Source: an uncultured Gammaproteobacteria bacterium
GTDB taxonomy: Bacteria > Patescibacteriota > Microgenomatia > 2-02-FULL-39-11
DNA: 64,000 nucleotides
Reading direction: 5' to 3'
NCBI GenBank assembly: GCA_964544585.1
Contig: CAZJBV010000001.1
Location: forward strand, 45,330-109,329
The position numbers and the translations under genes are program-made. Below the pieces are notes generated by a model, which was given only the letters and a program-made list of their open reading frames with translations, was not told the DNA's origin and did not search any database. Of the stretch, positions 9,318 to 18,066 are shown in pieces. Numbering within the stretch: position 1 is the first letter of the stretch; each line of letters begins with the position of its first letter.

Positions 9318-10679
9318 TTAATTTAATAATAGTTTTCTCAATAGTGCTTTTTTTTCCATTTCCAATTTAGCTGCAGGAATATGATAGATATTTGATTTAT
9401 TTGCTGACTCTCTCTCCGCGGATTTAGTGATGAGGAATGCAAATGGAGCTTGATGATGTTTTATAAATTGGACTAGTTCTTTTTCATCATCAGGAGTAAT
9501 GCGATCGCTATATTTGACTTCCCATGGTACCTTCATTCCTCCATGTGTTGTAGTTACAAAATCAACTTCATGATTTTGGAAACGAAAAAACTCTACCGGA
9601 ACAGGTAATTGTTTGAGAAAGGAATAAACATATGTTTCGACTAAATTACCTAATGATGATTGTTGGGAAAAATTTGTTGATGTAAGATATACTTTTTTTG
9701 CTGTCCGGCTTGATTTGGCAATTTTTTTTGTTTGATTATGACAAAGGTCGATAAGAAATGCTTTTTTCAACCAATCAATATATGCGCGCGTCGTACGAAT
9801 ATCCACCCCTAAATCTCTGGAAAGATTATCATATAGAAGGAGATTGCCGGAATGCTCTTTCAGATAGGCAAAGATGATTTTGAGAATGTCAGGTCGTTTT
9901 ATAGGAAATGTTTGCGGCAGATCAATCTCTATGATTTTATCTTGAATAGTCTCTAAATATTCATTCGCTTCAGCTTGTCCATATTGATGAATTACGGGTT
10001 GAGGAAATTGTCCTATTCTTAGATATTTCTCAAAGAATGTAGCCATGTATTCAGGAAAAAAGTGGCTATATTTATCTAATTTATCCCCTCTAAAATCGTT
10101 TTCATAAATTTCTTTGTGGGCTTTTTGATCAAGTTTAAGATACTCAGCGAAAGTAAGAGGCATAATTGCAATTTCCTTTAATCTACCGGCCAAACTTTCT
10201 GTCGATCTTTTCCGAATAAATAGTGAGGATGATCCACTAAGGATAAACTTCACATTTTTGGCTGTATCATAGTAAGTCTTAATGATATCTTGCCAGTAAG
10301 GGATAATCTGTATTTCATCTAGAAAAATGAAGGTAGAAGTATCAGTAACGCTCAAAGGAGTATGGAGATAGGAAGTGGCATACGTCTCTAGTATTTGACG
10401 CAATGTATCTGGTTCATTTTTGACAATGGAGCGATCGAAGGAAAAATAAAAAAGATTCCGTGGCGTGATGGATTTATTAAGGAGATGTCCAAGTATTTGC
10501 TTTATGAGAGTACTTTTGCCTACTCTACGTAGGCCGGTCAATGAGATGATCAAATCTTTTTCAAGCCAACGTAGAATTTCTGGGTAGTATGGACGGTGAA
10601 ACCAGGTTGTCTCTTGAGGTCGAAATCTAGGATCAAACCATTGCTGATTTTGATCTCTTAATAATGCTTCTAGATTCAT
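9318..10679 (-). CDS. AAA_14 + DUF4143 family ATPase
   Basis: GLRRVGKST, FLDEIQ, SGSSS, ESLAGR, C-terminal EVDF..WEVK. Confidence 0.9.
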   Translation of the reverse strand: MNLEALLRDQNQQWFDPRFRPQETTWFHRPYYPEILRWLEKDLIISLTGLRRVGKSTLIKQILGHLLNKSITPRNLFYFSFDRSIVKNEPDTLRQILETYATSYLHTPLSVTDTSTFIFLDEIQIIPYWQDIIKTYYDTAKNVKFILSGSSSLFIRKRSTESLAGRLKEIAIMPLTFAEYLKLDQKAHKEIYENDFRGDKLDKYSHFFPEYMATFFEKYLRIGQFPQPVIHQYGQAEANEYLETIQDKIIEIDLPQTFPIKRPDILKIIFAYLKEHSGNLLLYDNLSRDLGVDIRTTRAYIDWLKKAFLIDLCHNQTKKIAKSSRTAKKVYLTSTNFSQQSSLGNLVETYVYSFLKQLPVPVEFFRFQNHEVDFVTTTHGGMKVPWEVKYSDRITPDDEKELVQFIKHHQAPFAFLITKSAERESANKSNIYHIPAAKLEMEKKALLRKLLLN

Positions 10680-10682
10680 ATT

Positions 10683-10719
10683 TTAGATGCATTATAATGT
10701 ATCTAATGTATATTGTCAA
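10683..10719 (-). promoter_or_regulatory. consensus sigma70 promoter with palindromic operator
   Basis: TTGACA-17-TATAAT ending 11 nt before ATG; TTAGATaCAT-TATA-ATGcATCTAA inverted repeat. Confidence 0.8.
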
Positions 10720-10742
10720 GGCTGTACTTCAGGATAGTGGCA
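10716..10742 (-). repeat. relic copy of secA 3' end (CHYPEVQP*)
   Basis: TGCCACTATCC begins immediately after the AbiEii stop codon; in-frame TGA. Confidence 0.7.
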
Positions 10743-11597
10743 TTAAGTCGGACTTGCAAGAGACTGTGTACTTGTCAAAAGTACATTTTTAAAATGCTTA
10801 CTAAAGTCAGTCACTGTTAGTGGTGACTGAATAAATGGTTCTAAATCCCGTCGGACATCAGCCGGGTCTAGTTGAGTGATCTTCTTAATTAACTGCTTTA
10901 CTACTTCCTCTTTTGAGTTTACTTTTAGAGCTTTGTAGAGTCTTTCCCAACGCGGGTTTAGCTTGTTAGTTTTTTGTCTTCTCTCAAAAAACCATACTAG
11001 ATCAAATACATCCCTGCCTTTAAAGGATATAGTTTGAGTTTTGCCTTTAAAAAAATCTCGTTGTAAGAAAGCAATGATTTTATTGGTAAAAAGGCTCGAT
11101 AAGTCATATGCTTTCACAAAAAAAGTAAATTCACTTGTCGTTATCGGTTTTACTTCGGTCCTATACATACCAAGCGTCTCCAGAGAAAAATCCACTCGGA
11201 CAAAAAGTTGCGTCGCATCACTTTTGTTTTTTACCAATCCTGCTTCGGTCAAAAGATTAGGAAATTTAATAAATATGGTTTGCTTATTGCCGGCGATTTT
11301 TGATTCAATCTCCCGATATTGAAGATTCTTCGTAAAATATAATAATACTTCAGATGCAAACGTTTGGATATTAAATGGCTTTATAGAATCAAAATCAATT
11401 TCTTCAGATAGTCGAGGCAAACCATAGATTTTTCTAAGTGCAGTTCCGCCAGTAAAAATGAGTTCTTTATACAGTTTGTGATTGTAAACAAAATACAAAA
11501 TATATTCTTGCAGTGCCTCTTTTATTAAAGTTCGCAGAAATAACGGGTGTCTTCTCCCCTCTTTTTCGACGATAAGACGAATTGTATCAATAATCAT
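10743..11597 (-). CDS. AbiEii-family nucleotidyltransferase toxin (type IV TA)
   Basis: FTGGTALR...LPRLSEEIDF, KGRDVFDL. Confidence 0.9.
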   Translation of the reverse strand: MIIDTIRLIVEKEGRRHPLFLRTLIKEALQEYILYFVYNHKLYKELIFTGGTALRKIYGLPRLSEEIDFDSIKPFNIQTFASEVLLYFTKNLQYREIESKIAGNKQTIFIKFPNLLTEAGLVKNKSDATQLFVRVDFSLETLGMYRTEVKPITTSEFTFFVKAYDLSSLFTNKIIAFLQRDFFKGKTQTISFKGRDVFDLVWFFERRQKTNKLNPRWERLYKALKVNSKEEVVKQLIKKITQLDPADVRRDLEPFIQSPLTVTDFSKHFKNVLLTSTQSLASPT

Positions 11598-12265
11598 AGT
11601 ATTCCTTCCCGCCGTAAAATCTCTCCAATTTGTTGCATTTTTGCTGATTGTGAGTCGGTTAGGGCTTTTTTTAATTTATCTTTTTCTGCAGAACCTAGAG
11701 CATCCCACTGTATTCTTCCCGTGTCAAATAAATAGTCACGCATATCTTCTGTTGATTTAAACTCCTTGAAATACAAAAAATCAAACAGCGCTTTAAATGG
11801 ATATGCTATCTTGACAGATAAACCCGTAGTACCAAATATGAGTAAGCGGTACCCAGAGTAATAATTGAAAAAATCTTCTTTGAGGCTACGATAGATGAAG
11901 GAAACTTTTTCAGTGTTGTATATACGTGATGATTTTCTTGTCACAGAGGTTATTGCATACGTAGATTCTGGAATAAGATTGTATTTAGAAAGCACATATT
12001 CAAGCGAGACGTATGATGGACTTCGAAGTGTATTGGCAATGTAAAGCCAGTAGAGCTCTGATTGTTCCGGATCTCTGATAAATCCGTCCTGGTATGGCTT
12101 GGAAATATAGAATCCTTTTTTAAGAGGGATTAAATATTGCTCACGGGTGAGCTTTTTGATCCAATAGTTAAGGTCCTCCCCTTCTTTTCCCAGCGCCACA
12201 CCCAGATTTTGTTTCTTAAAGCAGGGTACTTCTGCTAAAGTTGAGATTAGTTGTGCAGTAAGCAT
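11594..12265 (-). CDS. AbiEi-like antitoxin
   Basis: LKKGFY, PSYVSLEYVLS.YNLIPE, KALFDFLY; coupled to AbiEii. Confidence 0.85.
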   Translation of the reverse strand: MLTAQLISTLAEVPCFKKQNLGVALGKEGEDLNYWIKKLTREQYLIPLKKGFYISKPYQDGFIRDPEQSELYWLYIANTLRSPSYVSLEYVLSKYNLIPESTYAITSVTRKSSRIYNTEKVSFIYRSLKEDFFNYYSGYRLLIFGTTGLSVKIAYPFKALFDFLYFKEFKSTEDMRDYLFDTGRIQWDALGSAEKDKLKKALTDSQSAKMQQIGEILRREGIL

Positions 12266-12272
12266 ATATTCC

Positions 12273-12300
12273 AGAATTAGTAAATATTACTACTAATTCT
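12273..12300. promoter_or_regulatory. inverted-repeat operator upstream of AbiEi
   Basis: AGAATTAGTA-8nt-TACTAATTCT, with TTGACA upstream on the minus strand. Confidence 0.65.
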
Positions 12301-12330
12301 AGAACAAAATGGGTTAATTGTCAAGTTAGA

Positions 12331-13512
12331 TTAAAGAACTACTGGTGATAAAAACCCAGCTTTTTCCTGAAACTTCTTTGAGATTACAAAGGGTTGAGTT
12401 ATCCCAAGTTCAGATGATAACGCTGAAAGTTTGGTGAGATCTTGCGATGTACCAGTTAACTTTATCTCAAAAGCTGTATTTTTATCTAGGATAGCATCAA
12501 TTTCGGCAGTGTTACGTTTGTTATAAAAACTTACCTTACCGTAACTTGAAAGTTGATTGATAACAGCATTTTCAAATATTTGCGCTTCACTGAATTTTCC
12601 AATCACATTTAAAAGCCCTGTATCAGTAAAATAGACCTTTTTCCCTCCTGCCACAGCTCGATCGATACTTTTGCTAAACCGAGGCAGAAGTTTGATAAAA
12701 AATGTTCCTTGTAAGAATTCAAGAAATCGGTATATCTTAACTCTATCAATAGAAAGTTCACTTGATAGACGAGTTACATCAAGCATTGATCCAACTCGAG
12801 GTACTAGAAGTAAAATCATGTCCCGAAGTTCCCGAATATCTGAGTAATCGGATAAAATTTTAATATCTTTTTCAAAAAATGAGGCAAAGATATTTTTCAA
12901 AACCATTATCTTGGTATCCTTATCTTCTGTAGTTACTACCTCTGGAAAGCCACCATATGTTAGAAAATCCTCGTATTCAGCAATCCTGCCTTTATGAGTA
13001 AAAATACTATTTTTCTTATATGCATCTTGCAAAGTAAAATTTTGAACTTCTTTCAATGAAACCACATCTTTAAAATAAAGATATTCTTGGAAGCTTAAAG
13101 GAGGGATTTCATACAGGAATTTACGACCAGACAGTGATTCAGGAAATAGATTTTTAAGATAAAAGCTGGAAGAACCTGTTAAATAAAATTTAATGTTATG
13201 ATGGTCAATAAGATACTTAATGACTTTGGTAATTTCAGGGAAATTTTGAATTTCATCAATAAATACTGATAATTTGCCTTTCTTTTTTCCCATATCAGTC
13301 AGTCTTTTATAGATTACATTATAATCTTGATCTTCAAAGACTTTCTGATCGAGCGGGTTGTCAAAATCAAACCACAATTTTGGCTCTTTGACTTCCTCAA
13401 AGACTTGACGCATGAGGGTAGTCTTCCCAACCTGCCGCATTCCAGTAATAAGTAGTGCGTTTTTGTGATTAAGATACTTTACTAATTCGTAATATAAGAG
13501 CCTCTTTCTCAT
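12331..13512 (-). CDS. AAA_14 + DUF4143 family ATPase
   Basis: GMRQVGKTT, IDEIQ, TGSSS, ESLSGR, YGGFPE, EID..FEIK. Confidence 0.9.
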   Translation of the reverse strand: MRKRLLYYELVKYLNHKNALLITGMRQVGKTTLMRQVFEEVKEPKLWFDFDNPLDQKVFEDQDYNVIYKRLTDMGKKKGKLSVFIDEIQNFPEITKVIKYLIDHHNIKFYLTGSSSFYLKNLFPESLSGRKFLYEIPPLSFQEYLYFKDVVSLKEVQNFTLQDAYKKNSIFTHKGRIAEYEDFLTYGGFPEVVTTEDKDTKIMVLKNIFASFFEKDIKILSDYSDIRELRDMILLLVPRVGSMLDVTRLSSELSIDRVKIYRFLEFLQGTFFIKLLPRFSKSIDRAVAGGKKVYFTDTGLLNVIGKFSEAQIFENAVINQLSSYGKVSFYNKRNTAEIDAILDKNTAFEIKLTGTSQDLTKLSALSSELGITQPFVISKKFQEKAGFLSPVVL

Positions 13513-13559
13513 AGTGTAAATATATTATTACAAATCTGCACAAATTTGTAAAGTAATGT

Positions 13560-16244
13560 TTACACCCCTAATTGCGGGTAGTGGCATTTTTTCCATTTTT
13601 TACCCGACCCGCACCAGCAGGGGTCGTTGCGGCCGAGTTTTTTATTAGTTTGTGGTTTGTAGTTTGTAGGTTGTAGTTTATCTGCTTGTTTCTGAATGGG
13701 TGTTTGTTGCTCGCGGCGCATTTGTTGGAGTTGGTCCGGAGCGAGCTGGACCTGGACTTTGAATATTCTTTGGGTTATTTCGCTGTCGATTGCGAGAACG
13801 AGTCTTTCAAACATATCAAAGGCCTCATTTTTGTACTCGACTAGTGGGTCTCTCTGGCCATAACCGCGAAGGCCAATGCCTTCACGAAGGGTGTCGATGG
13901 CATCTAGATGATCCATCCAGAGATTGTCAACCACTTGAAGCATGACCCATTTTTCGACCTGCCTGGCTACAGCTTGCGTGAGTTGTTTTTCTCTCTGAAT
14001 GTATACGTCATGAACTAATTTATTTAAAAATAAAATAATATCTTCCTCAGTTTTATTTTGGGCAATTTTTTTGCTTAATTCCTCTTGTGAACGTGGATCA
14101 AAAGGAACAATCGAGGAAAATTCTGTAATAATTTCTTTTCTCTCATTCTCTGAGATACCACTTGCTGAGTGTACAGTAACGATGCGACTAATACTATTTT
14201 CCAGTTTTTCGATTATCATGGATTTGAGATTATTTCCTTCGAGTATTTTTTTTCTTAAGCCGTAAACTATTTCCCTTTGCTTATTGAGGACATCATCGTA
14301 TTCGACCAGATGCTTTCTTGAATCGAAATGAAAACCTTCTACTTTGACTTGGGCTTGTTCTATGGCGCGGCTCACCATGGCATGTTCGAGAGGAACGTCT
14401 TCCGGCAATTTAAAAATAGTCATCAATTTAGCCACTTGATCACCGCCAAAAAGGCGCATAATATCGTCATCGAGGGCAACATAGAATCTGGTCGAGCCCG
14501 GATCTCCTTGTCTTCCCGATCTTCCCCGCAGCTGATTGTCTATCCTTCTTGACTCGTGACGTTCTGTGCCGATGACATGGAGGCCGCCAAAAGAAACTAC
14601 TTCATCATGATTTTTCTGCCATCCATCATGGAGTTGTTTATATTCTTTATTTTTTTCACCACCCTCACTTAAGTATTTATCCGGCGGGAAACCGCCAAGG
14701 ATAATATCGACTCCGCGGCCGGCCATGTTGGTGGCTACAGTTACCGCACCTTTTTTGCCGGCATCGGCGATAAACATGGCTTCTTTTTCATGATTTTTGG
14801 CGTTTAGTAAATTGTGAGGAATGCCTTTTCTTCTTAAGAGTTCTGAAAGATATTCATTTTTTTCAATAGAAGTTGTACCTACTAGTACGGGTTGACCTCT
14901 TTTATATGAATCTTCGATATCTTTGACGACTGCATCAAATTTGGCTTTTGACGTTTTATAGACGCTATCCGGATAGTCGGTCCGTATCATTGGCTTATTT
15001 GTAGGAATTACAACAACATCCAGGTTATATATTTTGTGAAACTCTTCTGCCTCTGTAGCTGCAGTACCGGTCATGCCGGCGAGTTTTTCATACATTCTGA
15101 AATAGTTTTGCAGTGAAACTGTGGCGAGAGTTTTAGATTCCTGCTGGATGGGAACGCCTTCTTTGGCTTCTATGGCTTGATGCAATCCTTCGGAAAAACG
15201 TCGGCCGTGAAGAAGTCTTCCTGTAAATTCATCGACGATAATTACTTGATTGTCTTTGACGACATATTCTTTATCTATGTGGAATAGAGATTTGGCTTTG
15301 AGGGCAGCCTCCATATGATGGACGACTTCAAAATCTTTTTCGTATAGATTTTCTACTCCTAAAAGTTTTTCCACTTTTTCGATACCTTTTTCGGTTAAAT
15401 GAGCGGTGTGCATTTTTTCGTCGACGATAAATGATTCTCCCTCTTGTGAGACTCGATCGATTATTTTGGCATATTCGTAATACTTTTGGGTTGGTTCAGT
15501 ATCGGGAGCAGAAATGATATGAGGTGTACGAGCTTCATCGATCAAGACTGAGTCAACTTCATCAACTACTGCGTAATGGAATCCTCGTTGTGACATCTGG
15601 GAAATGTCGGAAACCATATTGTCGCGAAGGTAATCAAAACCAAATTCGCTGTTGATACCGTAAGTAACATCTGCTTTGTAAGCTTCTTTTCTTGTAATCT
15701 GCTTTAGGTTTCGGAGTCTCCAGTCTGTAGCAGAATTATCAGTAAAATCTGGATCAAATATAAAGGATTGGTCGTGAATAATGGCGGAGACGGAAACTCC
15801 CAAAAGATGAAAAATCGGCCCCATCCAGCCAGCATCACGTCTGGCTAGGTAATCGTTGACAGTGACAAGATGGACGCCTCTTCCGGTCAACGAGTTTAGG
15901 TAGAGTGCGGGAATGGCTGATAGAGTTTTTCCTTCTCCCGTTTTTTGCTCGGCGACGGCTCCTCGATGGAGGGTGTATGCAGCAACTAGCTGGACTTCAT
16001 AATGTTTTTCACCTATGGTTTTTTTGGCTGCTTCTCGGACGAGGGCGAATGCTTCGGGAAGAATATCATCAAGAGTTTCGCCTTTTGCCAGTCGACTTTT
16101 AAACTCGGCTGTTTTTTCCTTGAATTCGTCTTTTTTAAGCTTTGCCATTTGTTCGTCAAGAGAAAGGATCCTATCAATTGTAGGCTTTATTCTAACTATT
16201 TCTTTTTGATTTGCATCGAGGAATCGGGAGAGAAATTTGAACAT
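13560..16244 (-). CDS. secA: preprotein translocase subunit SecA
   Basis: TGEGKT, VDEVDS, QLRGRSGRQGDPG, SEC-C tail GRNDPCWCGSGKKWKKCH. Confidence 0.98.
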   Translation of the reverse strand: MFKFLSRFLDANQKEIVRIKPTIDRILSLDEQMAKLKKDEFKEKTAEFKSRLAKGETLDDILPEAFALVREAAKKTIGEKHYEVQLVAAYTLHRGAVAEQKTGEGKTLSAIPALYLNSLTGRGVHLVTVNDYLARRDAGWMGPIFHLLGVSVSAIIHDQSFIFDPDFTDNSATDWRLRNLKQITRKEAYKADVTYGINSEFGFDYLRDNMVSDISQMSQRGFHYAVVDEVDSVLIDEARTPHIISAPDTEPTQKYYEYAKIIDRVSQEGESFIVDEKMHTAHLTEKGIEKVEKLLGVENLYEKDFEVVHHMEAALKAKSLFHIDKEYVVKDNQVIIVDEFTGRLLHGRRFSEGLHQAIEAKEGVPIQQESKTLATVSLQNYFRMYEKLAGMTGTAATEAEEFHKIYNLDVVVIPTNKPMIRTDYPDSVYKTSKAKFDAVVKDIEDSYKRGQPVLVGTTSIEKNEYLSELLRRKGIPHNLLNAKNHEKEAMFIADAGKKGAVTVATNMAGRGVDIILGGFPPDKYLSEGGEKNKEYKQLHDGWQKNHDEVVSFGGLHVIGTERHESRRIDNQLRGRSGRQGDPGSTRFYVALDDDIMRLFGGDQVAKLMTIFKLPEDVPLEHAMVSRAIEQAQVKVEGFHFDSRKHLVEYDDVLNKQREIVYGLRKKILEGNNLKSMIIEKLENSISRIVTVHSASGISENERKEIITEFSSIVPFDPRSQEELSKKIAQNKTEEDIILFLNKLVHDVYIQREKQLTQAVARQVEKWVMLQVVDNLWMDHLDAIDTLREGIGLRGYGQRDPLVEYKNEAFDMFERLVLAIDSEITQRIFKVQVQLAPDQLQQMRREQQTPIQKQADKLQPTNYKPQTNKKLGRNDPCWCGSGKKWKKCHYPQLGV

Positions 16245-16289
16245 AGCTTGAAACTATTCATTTTATCACGTTGGAGGCTAAATGGCTAC

Positions 16290-16931
16290 TTATTTCCAGC
16301 AAAAGATGAGGTGGTTGATAATGGGAGTTTGGACCAAAACAGTTGAGAATTCCTGTTTTAGTTTTTTTATATATTCTTCTATTTCTAATTTATTGTCTTT
16401 ATTTCTTAATCTATTAATAATAACTACTCCATTTGTGTTTAAAATATTTTTTAAATCTTTAATAAAAGATTTATGAGTTAGTTGCGGAGGTATATTTTTG
16501 CCGATGTAGAGATCGATGAGGATAAGATCAAATTTTTTTGTGTTATTTTTTTTGACCCAATTTATGACGTCGGAGATGATAATATTTACATTTTTTGCAT
16601 TATCTAAGTTAAAGTATTTTTGGCCAAGTTTTGTCATCAGTGGGTCTATTTCTATACCAGTAATTTTTGCATGCGGGTAGTATTTATTAATTAATTGAAT
16701 AATTGTTCCACCTCCGACGCCTAAAACCAAACAAGTTCGTAGTGGGTAGTTGGTAGTTTGTAGTTCTTTAAGGCCTGATTCCCAAAGATTTTTGACCAGG
16801 CTGCCGCTTTGGGAGAGTCCGGCGACATGGATTGAATAATTATTCCAGAATTTAACTATTTTTATTTTTCCGTTTAGGGGAGAATTTATTTCTTCTATAG
16901 TCTGTGGAAACAAGAATGAGAGTAATTTCAT
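16290..16931 (-). CDS. class I SAM-dependent methyltransferase (spermidine synthase-like)
   Basis: VLGVGGG, GIEIDP, FDLILIDLY. Confidence 0.8.
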   Translation of the reverse strand: MKLLSFLFPQTIEEINSPLNGKIKIVKFWNNYSIHVAGLSQSGSLVKNLWESGLKELQTTNYPLRTCLVLGVGGGTIIQLINKYYPHAKITGIEIDPLMTKLGQKYFNLDNAKNVNIIISDVINWVKKNNTKKFDLILIDLYIGKNIPPQLTHKSFIKDLKNILNTNGVVIINRLRNKDNKLEIEEYIKKLKQEFSTVLVQTPIINHLIFCWK

Positions 16932-16944
16932 TGTTAGGGTAGTT

Positions 16945-17003
16945 AGGGTCAGACCTTGAAGTATTTAAGGTCTGACCCTGTTCTGACCCCTGTTCTGGCC
17001 CTG
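16945..17003. repeat. REP-like palindrome plus short tandem copies
   Basis: AGGGTCAGACCTT-9nt-AAGGTCTGACCCT followed by TCTGACCCCTGT and TCTGGCCCTG. Confidence 0.6.
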
Positions 17004-18025
17004 ATGATGGCAATTTCGATTAGTTTCTTGAGAAATTGGGGATATGAAAATCCCGCTGTTTTTGCTGATCGCACTGCTCCATCTTCAGGGCCTATGCCTG
17101 GATTGACATTTATTTCCAAAAAATATGGCTTGTTTTTTTCATCAAGTCTGATATCAATTCTGGCGTAATCGCGGCAGCCGGATGAATTATACGCTTCTAG
17201 TGCATATTTTTTAATCTTTTTAATAATTTCATTATCTAGTTTTGCTGGGCAGATGCCGACCGTTTCATTATAATTTTCTGATTCTTCGATCCATTTTGCT
17301 TCAAAATCAACTATTTTCCATTTGCCTTTTTTTTCAAAAGTTGGGCCAAAAATTATTTCGGATATGGGAAGCATGATAGCATCTTTACCATTACCTACAA
17401 TTGTGACATTAAGTTCTCTGGTGTTGATGAATTTTTCCACCAGGACTGGTTCTCTATACTGTTGTAAAAGCTGCAATACTTTATGTTGTAATTGACTCTC
17501 GTTTGTAATTACGGCATCGGAATGGATTCCCAAACTGCAATCTTGGTAACCAGGTTTTACTATCAAAGGATATTTTAGATGACCATTTATGACTTTATCT
17601 TGTGGGGTAAAAACTTCATAAGCTGGGGTAGGAATTTTAAATTTCTGAAAAAGTTTTTTGGTGGCGATTTTATCTGTGGTGAGAATGATTGATTTATCAG
17701 AAGCTCCGGTATATGGCAAAGCTATTTTTTCTAATAATTTAGGGATTTCTTGCTCTGTTTTAGGGATTGAACCAATTCCGTAACAAAGATTAAAGAAAAA
17801 ATCTGTTTTATAAGTTAAGAGATCGGTATAATTTTTTTCATTTACTTCTAATAGTTCAACATTTAATTTTTCTTTTTGGAGTGTTTTGAATATGGCGTGG
17901 GCGGTTTTTACGGTATCGTCATCGGCGAGAATATCTTGGGGCGATCCTATGGATATACTTTTTACCTGATTATACAAAATGGTTATTTTGTATGAAGACA
18001 GATTGTGAGCAGGTGTTTGTATCAT
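16949..18025 (-). CDS. D-Ala-D-Ala ligase-like ATP-grasp protein
   Basis: PYTGA, DKIATK, IVKP...SLGI, VEKFI..RE, YARIDIR, EINVNPG. Confidence 0.85.
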   Translation of the reverse strand: MIQTPAHNLSSYKITILYNQVKSISIGSPQDILADDDTVKTAHAIFKTLQKEKLNVELLEVNEKNYTDLLTYKTDFFFNLCYGIGSIPKTEQEIPKLLEKIALPYTGASDKSIILTTDKIATKKLFQKFKIPTPAYEVFTPQDKVINGHLKYPLIVKPGYQDCSLGIHSDAVITNESQLQHKVLQLLQQYREPVLVEKFINTRELNVTIVGNGKDAIMLPISEIIFGPTFEKKGKWKIVDFEAKWIEESENYNETVGICPAKLDNEIIKKIKKYALEAYNSSGCRDYARIDIRLDEKNKPYFLEINVNPGIGPEDGAVRSAKTAGFSYPQFLKKLIEIAIIRARTGVRTGSDLKYFKV

Positions 18026-18066
18026 TTTGAATCACAGGGAAAGAATAGATTTATTTTATTTAGTTG

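Noticed and set aside
8206-13602. Classical integron with attC sites
   Set aside because: No intI and no attC-type GTTRRRY/RYYYAAC palindromes at the boundaries; the junction motif is secA coding sequence.
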